From the IMG/VR virus record IMGVR_UViG_3300010413_000009, positions 17,629-81,628 of that record: a stretch of DNA of 64,000 nt. The stretch is one strand, 5' to 3'. Below are positions 1 through 9,873 of the stretch, in pieces (the stretch's first letter is position 1; the number at the start of each line of letters is the position of its first letter). The position numbers and the translations under genes are program-made. Under the pieces are notes generated by a model, which saw only the letters and a list, made by a program, of their open reading frames with translations, did no database searches and was not told the origin of the DNA. The stretch comes from a virus.

Positions 1-104
1 CACTCGACGATCTTGTAGACGATGATGCCATCTATGCGGGCGCTACCCGGAATGATGTTGGAGTACAAATCTAAAGATTTCACACGCACGCCGCATGCAC
101 GTGA

Positions 105-533
105 TCAGTCACAACCACCACGCGCTGGTGCCGCGAGATCAAAAATGGAAGCCTCAGCAACTACCGCTGCATCACCATCGCTGGCGTGTATCACATTGCG
201 ACGGTAGCCTTCAGCGAAATCGCCGCGAAGCGTGCCGGCCCGTGGCGGGTATCCCGTGCCGACCAGTGCACGTAGAATAGGAACGGCATGTACTGATGGA
301 TGTGTCAACCACAGTACAACGCACGGACCCGACGTCATGAATGCACAAAGCGCATCAATGAAGTCATGATTACTGAACTTCTCGTAGAGCACACGCGCAT
401 GCGTGTCACCCATTGTCAACATCGCCATACGCTCGATTCGAAAGCCTTTCTCCTCGATTCGCGCGATGATCTTGCCAACCAGCCGGCGTTCTACTGCATC
501 CGGCTTGATGATGGCAAACGTATTGGACGCGAT
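105..533 (-). CDS. ndk: Nucleoside diphosphate kinase. The frame has no in-frame ATG upstream of the conserved N-terminus; an ATC at 533 follows an AGGAG-like motif. The ORF-track Met at 428 would truncate the N-terminal region.
   Basis: Translation contains NDK motifs NTFAIIKPDAVERRLVGKIIARIEEKGF, FMTSGPCVVLWL, GTLRGDF and the active-site region NVIHASDGD. Confidence 0.65.
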   Translation of the reverse strand: MASNTFAIIKPDAVERRLVGKIIARIEEKGFRIERMAMLTMGDTHARVLYEKFSNHDFIDALCAFMTSGPCVVLWLTHPSVHAVPILRALVGTGYPPRAGTLRGDFAEGYRRNVIHASDGDAAVVAEASIFDLAAPARGGCD

Positions 534-597
534 TTTGTTCTCCTGAAGAAAAATGCCGCCGCCTGCGGTGACAGGCGGCGGCCCCGTTTGACCAGAA

Positions 598-628
598 GGG
601 ATCGCGGCCCAAGTGGGCCGCGATCCTC
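598..628. terminator. Strong GC hairpin (GGATCGCGGCCCA-AGT-GGGCCGCGATCC) between the ndk start region and the upstream gene stop; possible terminator or regulatory hairpin.
   Basis: Perfect 13-bp inverted repeat; no clear U-tract. Confidence 0.3.
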
Positions 629-670
629 CCAGGAAGCCGCTCGGTGAGCCACCGAGCGGAGTATGGCTTG

Positions 671-883
671 CTAGATGCGTGGAAACTGCTTAGGCAGCAA
701 CCGTTTCACTACAGTGCGGCCGTCACGGCCCCATTTTGCCGTAACTGCCTTTAGCAGCCCCTTCTGCGTGGAATGCGCAACCTCCTTGTTGAACTTGTCC
801 ACGTCCAGTCCGTGTGCGTTATCAATCCAATAGTCGTCCAACGGCACGCCGAATATGGCTTGGAACTTCTGACACATTTGCAT
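671..883 (-). CDS. Hypothetical small protein. Start is probably an internal Met; the longer 671..1216 ORF has a Lys/Arg/Ser low-complexity N-terminus that overlaps the upstream gene.
   Basis: Protein-like C-terminal 70 aa (MQMCQKFQAIFGVPLDDYWIDNAHGLDVDKF...). The upstream 300 nt in the same frame overlaps the basic tail of the 921..2030 ORF. Confidence 0.4.
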   Translation of the reverse strand: MQMCQKFQAIFGVPLDDYWIDNAHGLDVDKFNKEVAHSTQKGLLKAVTAKWGRDGRTVVKRLLPKQFPRI

Positions 884-920
884 ATGTCCAGTACCCAGCC
901 AGAGTACACGTGCCTGAACC

Positions 921-2030
921 TCAGGACTTGCGCGCGTTACTACGCCTTGCTTTGGCAGACACCGCTTTGCGACGGGCTGTTTTGATTCGTCTGCGACGGG
1001 CCGCGGCCTTGGCTTTGACTTTGGCCTTGGCTTTGCGCTTCTCTTCCTTTTCACGGGCCTTGAGGATTTTTTCGTACCTCTTCGGCTCGAATTCTTCGAA
1101 GGTCGAGAGGTGGACCGTCGGGTGCCAGTCTTCCCACTCTTCTTTGTTGAGCTTGCCATTGCGGACGCGAATCTCTGTATCCATGAAATTGCAGAACTTC
1201 GCCATGATCGTATCATACCTCATGGCGTCCTCATTCTTGGGATAGAATGCCTTGCGCGATGCCGCAGCACGTCGTTTCCACTCCGTCTTTAATTCACGGA
1301 ATGCTGGATGCTTACGGTAGCTGTGTTTCCCAAAGAGAGCGCCAAAGTACTTTATCGTTTCCATCATGACGTAGCAGACGTGATACCGGGAGTAGCTTCC
1401 GGTTGTCATCTCGTAATTCAGCGATGGCAGAATCATGCGCATAGTTGTACGCATCTTCCACGACGCGTTCGAGATGGTGTTACAGCGCACAGGTGCACGC
1501 GCCGCCCGTGTCTCAGCTGCCTTCCTGGCCCTAAATATGAGTTTCGGGCAATACACTATCTTGCTGAGACAGGTATGGAAGGTATCACCATAGTCAAGGC
1601 GGCATCCTTCCGTTTCCCAATCCACGCGCTCCGTGCGGCCATAATGTGATGGCCGCAGGTCACAAACGATTGAGCCATACTTCTTGGCCAATGCGAGCGC
1701 CGTTTGGTGATCCAGCCCCCGGTAGTATTCCTCGCCCTCCGGCAGGATACATGCATTCTCGGCATTCACGTAGCTGGTACCGACATAAGTGCCGTGTTTG
1801 TTTAATACGATCCGTGAGAGCCGATGATCACTGGCGGGGAAACGTGCCTCCAACTGGATAACACATTCCTCTAGCGAGTCGCCGAAAATCAGCTCGTCGA
1901 TGTCGTCGTTTAAGGCGGACGACTCATCATAAAATGCCGTCCATTTGGTATGATCTTCATTTGAGCGCCGCAACCCATAGAACCGGCGTTCGCGGGGCGG
2001 CGGCGCAGGCACGCAGCCCGCTGCGCCCAT
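921..2030 (-). CDS. Hypothetical protein with a strongly basic (Lys/Arg/Ala-rich) C-terminal tail.
   Basis: 369-aa ORF; C-terminus KAREKEEKRKAKAKVKAKAAARRRRIKTARRK resembles a nucleic-acid-binding tail. Confidence 0.55.
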   Translation of the reverse strand: MGAAGCVPAPPPRERRFYGLRRSNEDHTKWTAFYDESSALNDDIDELIFGDSLEECVIQLEARFPASDHRLSRIVLNKHGTYVGTSYVNAENACILPEGEEYYRGLDHQTALALAKKYGSIVCDLRPSHYGRTERVDWETEGCRLDYGDTFHTCLSKIVYCPKLIFRARKAAETRAARAPVRCNTISNASWKMRTTMRMILPSLNYEMTTGSYSRYHVCYVMMETIKYFGALFGKHSYRKHPAFRELKTEWKRRAAASRKAFYPKNEDAMRYDTIMAKFCNFMDTEIRVRNGKLNKEEWEDWHPTVHLSTFEEFEPKRYEKILKAREKEEKRKAKAKVKAKAAARRRRIKTARRKAVSAKARRSNARKS

Positions 2031-2038
2031 CGCGGTGA

Positions 2039-2680
2039 TCAGCTATCGCCGAGCAATCGAATGCTGCTGTCCAGCATTCCGTCGAGCGCGTCGATCAGGT
2101 CCTGACCTTCCGGCGTCTTGGCAAGCCGTTGCTCAGCGATGACAGCGCGTGCGCGACGCTCCAGAGTCGGGAGATCGGCCAGCTTACGCCGCGCCTCCAT
2201 CCACTCCGTGCGATGAGTCTCGAAGACCTTGTCGTGCGCCTTCAATGCTTCGTGTGCTTTCAGCACGGCAGCCGGGATACGCGTCTCCTGCTCGACGCTC
2301 CAGCGGATACGCGGCCGCTCGCCGCTGATGCTCAAGCCGCAACTGATGCCGCCCTTGAACTTCTCAACCGGCGGATTGAAACTGCGCGCATGCGTTTCGG
2401 CCCTGATTTCCTTGACCTTCAATGCGCGCGCCGCGGCCGTTAGCGCCTCCTTAGCGCTCTCGAAATGATTGGCCGCAGCTGTTGCGAGCGCCGTTTCCAG
2501 CGTTTTCTCGAGGGTCTTCCTCGCTGCAGTGAGTTCAGTTTCGCGTAACTTGAACGCCTTGAGTTCGTTCTTGAGCCGTTCCTCCGCACGCGACATGAGG
2601 ATGGCGGCGACGTCGTCCTTGTCAAGGGTTACGTCGACGTTTACGAGCTCGGCTACCACTGGCAATTGTTCTTTTGCCAT
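2039..2680 (-). CDS. Hypothetical coiled-coil protein; start taken at an internal Met to avoid overlap.
   Basis: Long ORF with helical, Ala/Glu/Lys-rich composition. Confidence 0.5.
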   Translation of the reverse strand: MAKEQLPVVAELVNVDVTLDKDDVAAILMSRAEERLKNELKAFKLRETELTAARKTLEKTLETALATAAANHFESAKEALTAAARALKVKEIRAETHARSFNPPVEKFKGGISCGLSISGERPRIRWSVEQETRIPAAVLKAHEALKAHDKVFETHRTEWMEARRKLADLPTLERRARAVIAEQRLAKTPEGQDLIDALDGMLDSSIRLLGDS

Positions 2681-3002
2681 TTGTCCTCTGACTCCCGTTG
2701 GCGGGAGTCGAATATCGTTTTTTCCAAAACTCCCACCATTCATTTGGTTCGTGAACTAGATCGTAAGGATCTATGGCCATCGGGATTCCCCGTGGCCCGA
2801 CTACAAGAACACGGTGGCCGCCCTTGCAGCGAATAGCCCGATCTGAGATGACCACGTACTCCGTGGCCTCCGGCGTCGGTGTGAATCGGAAGTAGGTTAC
2901 CGAGCCCAACGCCAACCTGTGTCCGTCGTGTGTATGGACATCGTCATGAGGGAGTTTGGTCAACTCAACGTCTGGACAATGTCGGATCGGGTACGCGGAC
3001 AT
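2622..3002 (-). CDS. Hypothetical protein.
   Basis: 126-aa ORF with coding-like composition; basic C-terminus. Confidence 0.35.
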   Translation of the reverse strand: MSAYPIRHCPDVELTKLPHDDVHTHDGHRLALGSVTYFRFTPTPEATEYVVISDRAIRCKGGHRVLVVGPRGIPMAIDPYDLVHEPNEWWEFWKKRYSTPANGSQRTNGKRTIASGSRARKRRRNP

Positions 3003-3120
3003 GGTTCTAAGCTCCTACGTGTGAACTGACAGATTTCAAAAACCGCACCTTGACGTCTACGCGCACTTTTGGTAGATTTGTGACATCGGTGATATCTGTC
3101 AGGTCCGCCAGTTTTGGCGG

Positions 3121-4290
3121 GTGGTGTCCTCCCAAGAAGGGAATTTGATGTCCAAAAAGAAACCCAGGGCAGCAGAGCTCGAAGAGCTCGAACGCATTGC
3201 TGAGCTTTCCGCTGATGAGCGGGTACAGCATGTACGCAGGCTTGAACGCGACAACGCTAAGGAACGCGCTGCGCGGCATCAGTCTGAACGGAAGTATCGG
3301 CAATCCGAAGTGGAACTCGCCGCTACCGAGGCCGACTTGGCCCGGCTGTTGTACCTGAAAGAGAACGCCATGCAGCGGCAATATGGTGCCAAACACCGCT
3401 GCAAGGCCGGACAAGCCACTGCGATTGTGTGCGTCAACGATTGGCACACCGAACAGACCATCGACCCAGACACGGTAGGCGGGGTCAATGAATTTAATCT
3501 GCAGATCGCAGACAAACGTATCGCCCGCACATGGGAACGCGCGGCCTACATGATCGACTTCGCGCGCAAGATCAGCAACATCGACGAGGTCGTCGTCTGG
3601 GCCGGCGGCGATCTCATTAACGGCATGATTCACGAGGAACTGCAGCAAGCGAACGCACTCGGACCTGGCGACGCCACGCTGCATGTACAGGATCACCTGG
3701 TGTCTGGCATCCGCTTTCTTATGAAGGAAACTAAGTGCGCGCACCTGCGTTTCCTGGCCAATTACGGCAATCACGGCCGCACCACGCAACGCCGGCGCAT
3801 TCATACCGCCGCATCGCATTCGTGGGAGTACGTCATCTACGTGAACGCGGCCCAGATCCTCTCGCAAGATCCATCGTTCCGTGGTAAGTTCTCTTACCAC
3901 GTCGAGCGTGGCGAAATGCTCAAGACTCAGATCCAAGGCTACAACTGCCGTTTCAATCATGGGCACAACCTCCGCTACTACGGCGGGGTCGGTGGCATCA
4001 TGGTCCCGGTCAATAAGGCCATCGCAGCGTGGAATCGTTCTCACGGCTTCGCGGAGCTGGATGTAATTGGCCATTTCCATCAGTTCCACAGCACTCCGAA
4101 CTTCGTTGCCTGTGGCTGCCTATGTGGCTTTGACCCGTACGCAGAGAGCATCCGCGCGTCATGGGAGTTGCCTTCGCAAACACTCATCGTGATGGATCGC
4201 GAATATGGCAAGGTCATGGCTGAGCGAATTTTCTGCGAAGAGCGGGTTGATGCACATTCCCAATGGCACACCGCCGTCACTGACGGCTGA
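3121..4290 (+). CDS. Calcineurin-like metallophosphoesterase (Mre11/SbcD or Ser/Thr-phosphatase-like) with an N-terminal coiled coil.
   Basis: Motifs VCVNDWH (DxH), WAGGDLING (GDxxD-like), NYGNHG (GNH[DE]) and GHFHQFH (GHxH) appear in canonical order. Confidence 0.65.
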   Translation: MVSSQEGNLMSKKKPRAAELEELERIAELSADERVQHVRRLERDNAKERAARHQSERKYRQSEVELAATEADLARLLYLKENAMQRQYGAKHRCKAGQATAIVCVNDWHTEQTIDPDTVGGVNEFNLQIADKRIARTWERAAYMIDFARKISNIDEVVVWAGGDLINGMIHEELQQANALGPGDATLHVQDHLVSGIRFLMKETKCAHLRFLANYGNHGRTTQRRRIHTAASHSWEYVIYVNAAQILSQDPSFRGKFSYHVERGEMLKTQIQGYNCRFNHGHNLRYYGGVGGIMVPVNKAIAAWNRSHGFAELDVIGHFHQFHSTPNFVACGCLCGFDPYAESIRASWELPSQTLIVMDREYGKVMAERIFCEERVDAHSQWHTAVTDG

Positions 4291-4852
4291 GCATATCTGG
4301 TTGGATATGGATGGCGTGCTGTGCGATCTACACAAGGCAGTCCTAGCAATACACGGCCGCATGGATCTACTGCCCAACATTGGCAACAACAACATAGAGG
4401 CCAAGCTGAACATGAACACCATGCAGGTCTGGGCGCCAATCGTGGCCGCAGGCTGGGAATGGTGGAACGACCTTGAACCGTTTCCATGGACGTTCGAGCT
4501 CTGGGACTGGGCCTACAATTCATGCGAGCGCCTCGGCGTGATCACACGTCCGTTGCTGGTCAATGATCCGCAATGTCGGGACATTGGACACACCGTCCGC
4601 GGTAAGTCCACATGGCTGCGCCGACATTTCGGCGGCGGCTTTACCAACATCATCTTTACGCCCAACAAGGCTGCCATTTCGCAGCCGGGCGTATTCCTGA
4701 TCGATGACGACGAAGGATACGAAGCGTCCTTCAATGCTGGAGGCGGGCACCAAATTGTCTTTCCTCGGCCGTACAATCGTTATCGCCAGTTTGCGGACGA
4801 TCCGATGGTCAGTGTACACGCGCAATACGAAGAGGCACACAAACGACAATGA
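4205..4852 (+). CDS. HAD-superfamily 5'(3')-deoxyribonucleotidase-like protein; the start may instead be the internal Met at 4250.
   Basis: WLDMDGVLCDL matches HAD motif I (DxDGV) as found in NT5C-type deoxyribonucleotidases. Confidence 0.6.
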   Translation: MARSWLSEFSAKSGLMHIPNGTPPSLTAEHIWLDMDGVLCDLHKAVLAIHGRMDLLPNIGNNNIEAKLNMNTMQVWAPIVAAGWEWWNDLEPFPWTFELWDWAYNSCERLGVITRPLLVNDPQCRDIGHTVRGKSTWLRRHFGGGFTNIIFTPNKAAISQPGVFLIDDDEGYEASFNAGGGHQIVFPRPYNRYRQFADDPMVSVHAQYEEAHKRQ

Positions 4853-5343
4853 AGCTTGCTATCTGCGGTCCGGGCCGCGCCGGCAAAGACACGGCATCGA
4901 AATGGCTCGCCTACCACACAACACTACGCTACACAGAAAGCACAAGCGAGGCTGCTGCACAACTCTGTTACAGCAAACTTGCCGATCGCTACGGCTATAC
5001 GAGTGTCAGCGAGGCTTTTGAAGACCGACACAATCATCGGGTTGAGTGGGCCGACATCATTTGGAGCTACAACAAACCCGACGGGATCACGCTGTACTGC
5101 GAGATGTTGCAGGATGGTGACATCCTGAACGGGATCAGGCGTGCAGCAGAACTGCAAGCGCTTGTCGACCGACACCTGATCGACCTGGTCATGTGGATTG
5201 ATCGAGATGTCCCGACAGATCCATCACTGGAAACTACTTCCAGCGTTGCGGACATCATCATACCAAATAACGACAGCATTGCCGACCTCTATCGTCGGCT
5301 CACGCACTTCGCGCGTTTTTCCAGAATCATAAAAGGGATCTGA
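4849..5343 (+). CDS. Deoxynucleoside monophosphate kinase (T4 gene 1-like).
   Basis: N-terminus MKLAICGPGRAGKDT matches the T4 dNMP kinase P-loop (MKLIFLSGVKRSGKDT); start overlaps the upstream stop as ATGA. Confidence 0.65.
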   Translation: MKLAICGPGRAGKDTASKWLAYHTTLRYTESTSEAAAQLCYSKLADRYGYTSVSEAFEDRHNHRVEWADIIWSYNKPDGITLYCEMLQDGDILNGIRRAAELQALVDRHLIDLVMWIDRDVPTDPSLETTSSVADIIIPNNDSIADLYRRLTHFARFSRIIKGI

Positions 5344-5603
5344 TGGCCAAATCAAAGAAACCACTTGCGGAACTGGCCGCGCGCGCACGGCGGATTACAC
5401 CGCGCATGCTGCGCGGCGCCAAGCGAGAGCTGTGGGAGGAAATGGTGACTGGCTATTGTGATGGCCAGTACGTTGGTCTTTCCATGAAGGAGCTGTATGA
5501 ATGGGCACGTAAGCACTGCGGCCTGACATGCTCGCTCAGCTGCTTCAGGCAAGAACTCTCAGAGCGCGCTAAAACTCAGGATCACCAGGATCAGGCTCAT
5601 TAG
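5343..5603 (+). CDS. Hypothetical small protein.
   Basis: Start overlaps the upstream stop (TGATG); 86 aa. Confidence 0.45.
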   Translation: MAKSKKPLAELAARARRITPRMLRGAKRELWEEMVTGYCDGQYVGLSMKELYEWARKHCGLTCSLSCFRQELSERAKTQDHQDQAH

Positions 5604-6471
5604 AGCGCACCCGCACTTTTCGCAGCCTGCGTGTCACACCCGCGCGTTCCGCCTCTACGTCAATCGCAAAAATCGCGTCGAGAAGCTGTCGCCTGATTTG
5701 CAGTATCTCATTACGCGCAGTCCGAAAGACAGCATGCTCGCTCTCGAACTCCGCCCGCTGCGCGTCGAGAGTCTCCCGCAGTTCTGTGTATTCGCACGTT
5801 TGTTGCTCCAGCGCCTCCGTACGCATGGCTACGTCTGCCGCGGCATGACGGGCAACAGCCTGCTGTGATTCACACGTACGCCGCATTTCTCGCAAGTTGG
5901 CCACCAGGTCGAGATAGCGCTCGTGTAGCTGATGGAAGCGCCACCAGTAGATAGCGCGCAATGCGCCTGCCCTGTGCATTACAGCTGCCTCAGCTTTCGT
6001 CATTCTTGGATCGCGGCGTTTGAGTCGCAGCTTGCGACGATTGCGCGCGCCCTTGATAGGCCTGCCACCCTTGAAGCGTGAACGTACGCGGTTGCCCATC
6101 GCCTCGACCGCGCTTTCAGGATCGTTAGATCCTAACCCATCTTGATCGTCGGAATTCAACCAGAGCCAGGAAAGGATATCTTCGGCTTCTTCGCGACTGG
6201 CGAATTTGTTATTCACCGCCAGACCAGTTGGGGCGTGTAGCCCTATCCAACCGGGGCCGTCGGGATCTGGGCATACTACTAGAACTCTGTTGGTGCCCAT
6301 GACTGGGTAGGCAGCCGCTTCCTCTTTTTCGGAGTTATTGAGCACACGCGTAACAAAGATTGGCTCAGGACTGTGCGGATCAGGTGGCGCAAGTGCAATA
6401 AGGCGGTGGAGCGATTCCAGTTGCTCCACTGATTTGGCTACTTTGGCCTCATGTGTTTCTTGATTAGGCAT
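5569..6471 (-). CDS. Hypothetical protein.
   Basis: 300-aa ORF with coding-like composition. Confidence 0.5.
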   Translation of the reverse strand: MPNQETHEAKVAKSVEQLESLHRLIALAPPDPHSPEPIFVTRVLNNSEKEEAAAYPVMGTNRVLVVCPDPDGPGWIGLHAPTGLAVNNKFASREEAEDILSWLWLNSDDQDGLGSNDPESAVEAMGNRVRSRFKGGRPIKGARNRRKLRLKRRDPRMTKAEAAVMHRAGALRAIYWWRFHQLHERYLDLVANLREMRRTCESQQAVARHAAADVAMRTEALEQQTCEYTELRETLDAQRAEFESEHAVFRTARNEILQIRRQLLDAIFAIDVEAERAGVTRRLRKVRVRSNEPDPGDPEF

Positions 6472-6510
6472 GGCAATAAATCAGGGCGTATTGTCGGCCC
6501 TGTCGTGTTG

Positions 6511-7044
6511 CTACAGTCCCTTCATGGACGCGTACTCGTCTACGACGGATGAGAGTGTCTTGTTGGAAGCTACCCAACTCTCAGTCCACTCCCAATCATC
6601 ATCGACGAGCTGGGCGAAATCGCGCTCAGTCAGCTCAATCTGCGACTGTTCGGTCAGTTCCAGCATCTTGATCGCACGCTGGTAATCCCTTGTATGATCC
6701 TCGGGCGCGCGCAGCGAGAGGTACACTCGAATGGTTTTGCCACTCTCGAGTTCCTTCAAGAACCCCGCACATGCTTCCATAGCTTGCTCGCAGTAGCCCT
6801 TTCGGGCGTCGGCCACCATGGCCTCATGCTGCTTTTCGTTCTCACGAACAATTTCTAGCAGCTTGGAACGATCCATCACGCATTTGACTTGCATGTAACT
6901 CCTACCCATCCTAAATGATGCGCGCTCGATAGCGGCCGTATGGCCAATACACATACCGAGCTCCTCTCTCACGACAAAATCAACACGGTAGCGAGGACCG
7001 CAAATGTACATGTCGCTAGGCAACGGCGCACATTCGATTTGCAT
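6511..7044 (-). CDS. Hypothetical protein.
   Basis: 177-aa ORF. Confidence 0.5.
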   Translation of the reverse strand: MQIECAPLPSDMYICGPRYRVDFVVREELGMCIGHTAAIERASFRMGRSYMQVKCVMDRSKLLEIVRENEKQHEAMVADARKGYCEQAMEACAGFLKELESGKTIRVYLSLRAPEDHTRDYQRAIKMLELTEQSQIELTERDFAQLVDDDWEWTESWVASNKTLSSVVDEYASMKGL

Positions 7045-7780
7045 GCTTCTCCCAGTTTGTCGATTTCACCGTCTCAAGCGGATTGAACACGTGCGACCAG
7101 TAATGTGTATCAGTCCTTCCGTGTTCAACATCCCAGAGGATGTGCCGAACGATCGCTGACGGAAAAACGATGTTCTCCGCCTCGCGGCGCTCGCGCACCT
7201 TTGAAATCCAGTGATTCTCAAGTTCCTTGTATCGCTTATCGGTTAATGCGTCGGATTTAGCCAACCCGTACCAACGGGCAACGTGGCGATCGACGGCAAC
7301 AACCTCGCATTCGCGCGGCCAGCACATCTCCAGGGCGAACGAGATAGTCTTCATTCCGCAGTGCGGAAGGGCACGCAGCCTATTACGCCATGCACCCCAC
7401 CGTACCCTGCCATTCTTTACCTTCCAACCAGCTTCACGCGGATGCAGGAAAGGACGCCCGTTACGCTCCCTCATCATGAACGCCTGGTGTATGCCCCAGC
7501 AAGCAGATACCTTGGCATTGTAAAGCCCGTGACCAACAGCGTGGATGACCTCACGTAGCTCTTCCTCCGTGTGCCAATCCTGGGTAGTCACAGCCTGATA
7601 GTACCGCACATTGGGTTTCCAGCCAGTCCGAACGGACAAAGCGGCGAATAACCATCGCAGGTAGCGCTCATGAAGCGTCCGCGGTGTGATGACGTCCCAA
7701 TACCCCAGGTACTCAAGAACTGTAGCAGGATCGATGTTGCGAATCTTGGCGGTGACCGCCTTAAAGTCAACTCCCATCAC
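7016..7780 (-). CDS. HhH-GPD superfamily DNA glycosylase-like protein (endonuclease III family-like).
   Basis: GMKTISFALEMCWPRECEVVAVDRHVARWYGL resembles the helix-hairpin-helix/GPD region (GxGxKTA...VDTHV) of EndoIII-type enzymes. Confidence 0.5.
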   Translation of the reverse strand: MMGVDFKAVTAKIRNIDPATVLEYLGYWDVITPRTLHERYLRWLFAALSVRTGWKPNVRYYQAVTTQDWHTEEELREVIHAVGHGLYNAKVSACWGIHQAFMMRERNGRPFLHPREAGWKVKNGRVRWGAWRNRLRALPHCGMKTISFALEMCWPRECEVVAVDRHVARWYGLAKSDALTDKRYKELENHWISKVRERREAENIVFPSAIVRHILWDVEHGRTDTHYWSHVFNPLETVKSTNWEKHANRMCAVA

Positions 7781-9873
7781 GGCACAAGTAGCGCGTCGAA
7801 CTCCTCTTCGGAGAGAACGGCGACGCCAAGCTCCTCAGCCTTCTGAAGCTTTGACCCGGCGTCAGCACCTGCTACAAGGTAATCCGTCTTACTGGAAACA
7901 CTGCTGGCTGCGCGTCCGCCCGCAGCTATGATGGCCGCCTTCACGCTTTCGCGCGAATAGCCATTGAGCTTGCCAGTCGCACAGACGGTCTTGCCGGCGA
8001 GTGGCTGTGGCGTCTCCGGCGACGGTGGCGCCCGCACGGGATCACGTTGACCCATGTTCAACCCGTGTTTGCGGAGGTCGTCCAACAGCTTGAGATTGCG
8101 CTTCCGATCGAACCAGGTCAGGATGCTGCACGCAGTCTCCTCACCTATCCCCTCCATCTCCATCAGCATGCGCACATCCGCTGCCTTATCCAAAACCTCG
8201 AAAATGTCACATGTCGCACCCATTCTCGAGATGATGTCCTTGCAGATGATCTCTGAATTGGTCCTGCCGCAATGCGGGATGTTGAGCGAGGCCAGGAGAC
8301 GCCATGAGGGCCGCTCCTTTGCGCGCTCAAGCGCTTCGAGCAGCTTCTTCGATTTCCCGGGCGTCATTCCCGGAATCGCGCCAGAATCGTCCACAGCGTC
8401 TTTGAGGGCCCACAGGGAGGCGAAGTCAGTGATAGCATCTGTATCCATCATGGCTTGCACAGCCTTTGGTCCGAGCCCGTCGATGTCCAGCCGGCTGCGG
8501 TCGGCAGCTGAGAGGATTACGGCTTCTAGCTGAGCTGGGCAACCTACGGAGTTTGTGCAACGTACGAGAGGACCGGCAATCAGAGTCTCAGCCTTGCACG
8601 CCGGACACTTCTTGGGCGGTTGGAATCGCTTTGCACCTTTAGGCCGCTTGTCTTTGTGGACACGCACCAGATGCGGAATGATTTTGCCAGCCTTCTCCAG
8701 CGTGACGGTATCGCCGACGCGCGGATCGAGCCTGCGCACTTCGTCGAAGTTGAACAGGGTGCTCTTCTGGACCGTAGTCTCCGCGATCTCGACAGGCTCA
8801 TAGTATGCAACCGGCGTCAGCGTGCCTTGTTTGCCCACCTGCACTTCGAGACGCTTGATCTTAGTCTCGGCTTCATAGCGCTCCCACTTGTATGCGAGCG
8901 CCCATGAAACATGTCTCGATGAAGTATTGCCGGCGGCCAGGCGTTGAGAGAGCTTGTCGAGTTTGACTACAATGCCATCAATCGGATAGCTGATCTCATG
9001 CATCGATTCAACCATCTGCGCGATGGCCTGCTGTGCTACCTCGTAATTCACGCAGAGACGGCGCTCGACGATCAACGGGATGCCGTATTGCCACAATGCG
9101 GTCATCGTCTCATGGAACGAATCGTTTACGTATCCCGCATCGCATCGTCCGATGCCGTGCGCGATGAAACGTAATCCGCGCTTCCAGCAATCTGTTGGAT
9201 CGCGTTGCCGCAGCGCGCCGGCAGCAGCGCTTCTGGCGTTTTTGAACGGTTCTTCGCCAGCAGCCGCCTGGTGCTCCACAAGCACGTTGAACATGATGTT
9301 CGAGATGTAGGCTTCGCCTCGCACCTCGATAATGCCCGGAGGTCCGGCATTCCGCGACCACGTCTCAGGAATCGGTGCCATCTCGTCGCATCGCAGGTGA
9401 AACGGAATGCCGCGGATGCAGAGCGCATTATGCGATATATCATCGCCAGTTGCACCATCGCCACGACTAACGGCATGTGTCAATGTACCGTTCTCGTATA
9501 TCAGATTGATAGCGCATCCATCAATCTTCCAATCGACTGTGTACGCGGGTGTTTGGCCGTTGCCGACCGCCTTCTGCATGCGCACATTGAATTTGTCAAG
9601 CTCCTTCAAATCGAAGCCATTATCAATCGAGAGCATCGGCGTCAGATGTTTCACTGCCCGCAGCTCGTCGATTGGTTTCCCGCCAACGCGCTGCGTTGGA
9701 CTATCGGGCGTGATCAGTTCCGGATATTCGGATTCCAGCTTTCGCAAAGCAGCGAAGAGCTTGTCGTACGCTGTGTCCGTTATCGCTGGTGTGCCATGCA
9801 CGTAATACAGCGTATCATGCCGCAAGATTTCAGCCCGCAATGCGGCTGCCGTCTTCTCAGGGTTCGTTGCCAT
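7777..9873 (-). CDS. ligA: NAD-dependent DNA ligase.
   Basis: KIDGCAINL adenylation motif (KxDG), EVRGE, Cys4 zinc finger CPACKAETLIAGPLVRCTNSVGCPAQ, HhH region and C-terminal BRCT-like domain; start overlaps the upstream stop. Confidence 0.9.
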   Translation of the reverse strand: MATNPEKTAAALRAEILRHDTLYYVHGTPAITDTAYDKLFAALRKLESEYPELITPDSPTQRVGGKPIDELRAVKHLTPMLSIDNGFDLKELDKFNVRMQKAVGNGQTPAYTVDWKIDGCAINLIYENGTLTHAVSRGDGATGDDISHNALCIRGIPFHLRCDEMAPIPETWSRNAGPPGIIEVRGEAYISNIMFNVLVEHQAAAGEEPFKNARSAAAGALRQRDPTDCWKRGLRFIAHGIGRCDAGYVNDSFHETMTALWQYGIPLIVERRLCVNYEVAQQAIAQMVESMHEISYPIDGIVVKLDKLSQRLAAGNTSSRHVSWALAYKWERYEAETKIKRLEVQVGKQGTLTPVAYYEPVEIAETTVQKSTLFNFDEVRRLDPRVGDTVTLEKAGKIIPHLVRVHKDKRPKGAKRFQPPKKCPACKAETLIAGPLVRCTNSVGCPAQLEAVILSAADRSRLDIDGLGPKAVQAMMDTDAITDFASLWALKDAVDDSGAIPGMTPGKSKKLLEALERAKERPSWRLLASLNIPHCGRTNSEIICKDIISRMGATCDIFEVLDKAADVRMLMEMEGIGEETACSILTWFDRKRNLKLLDDLRKHGLNMGQRDPVRAPPSPETPQPLAGKTVCATGKLNGYSRESVKAAIIAAGGRAASSVSSKTDYLVAGADAGSKLQKAEELGVAVLSEEEFDALLVP

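Noticed and set aside
300-647. 115-aa plus-strand ORF opposite ndk.
   Set aside because: Antisense to the conserved NDK frame; no recognisable motifs.
3007-4089. 360-aa minus-strand ORF overlapping the plus-strand metallophosphoesterase gene.
   Set aside because: It is an antisense shadow ORF in GC-rich DNA. The plus-strand frame carries the conserved phosphoesterase motifs; the minus frame has none.
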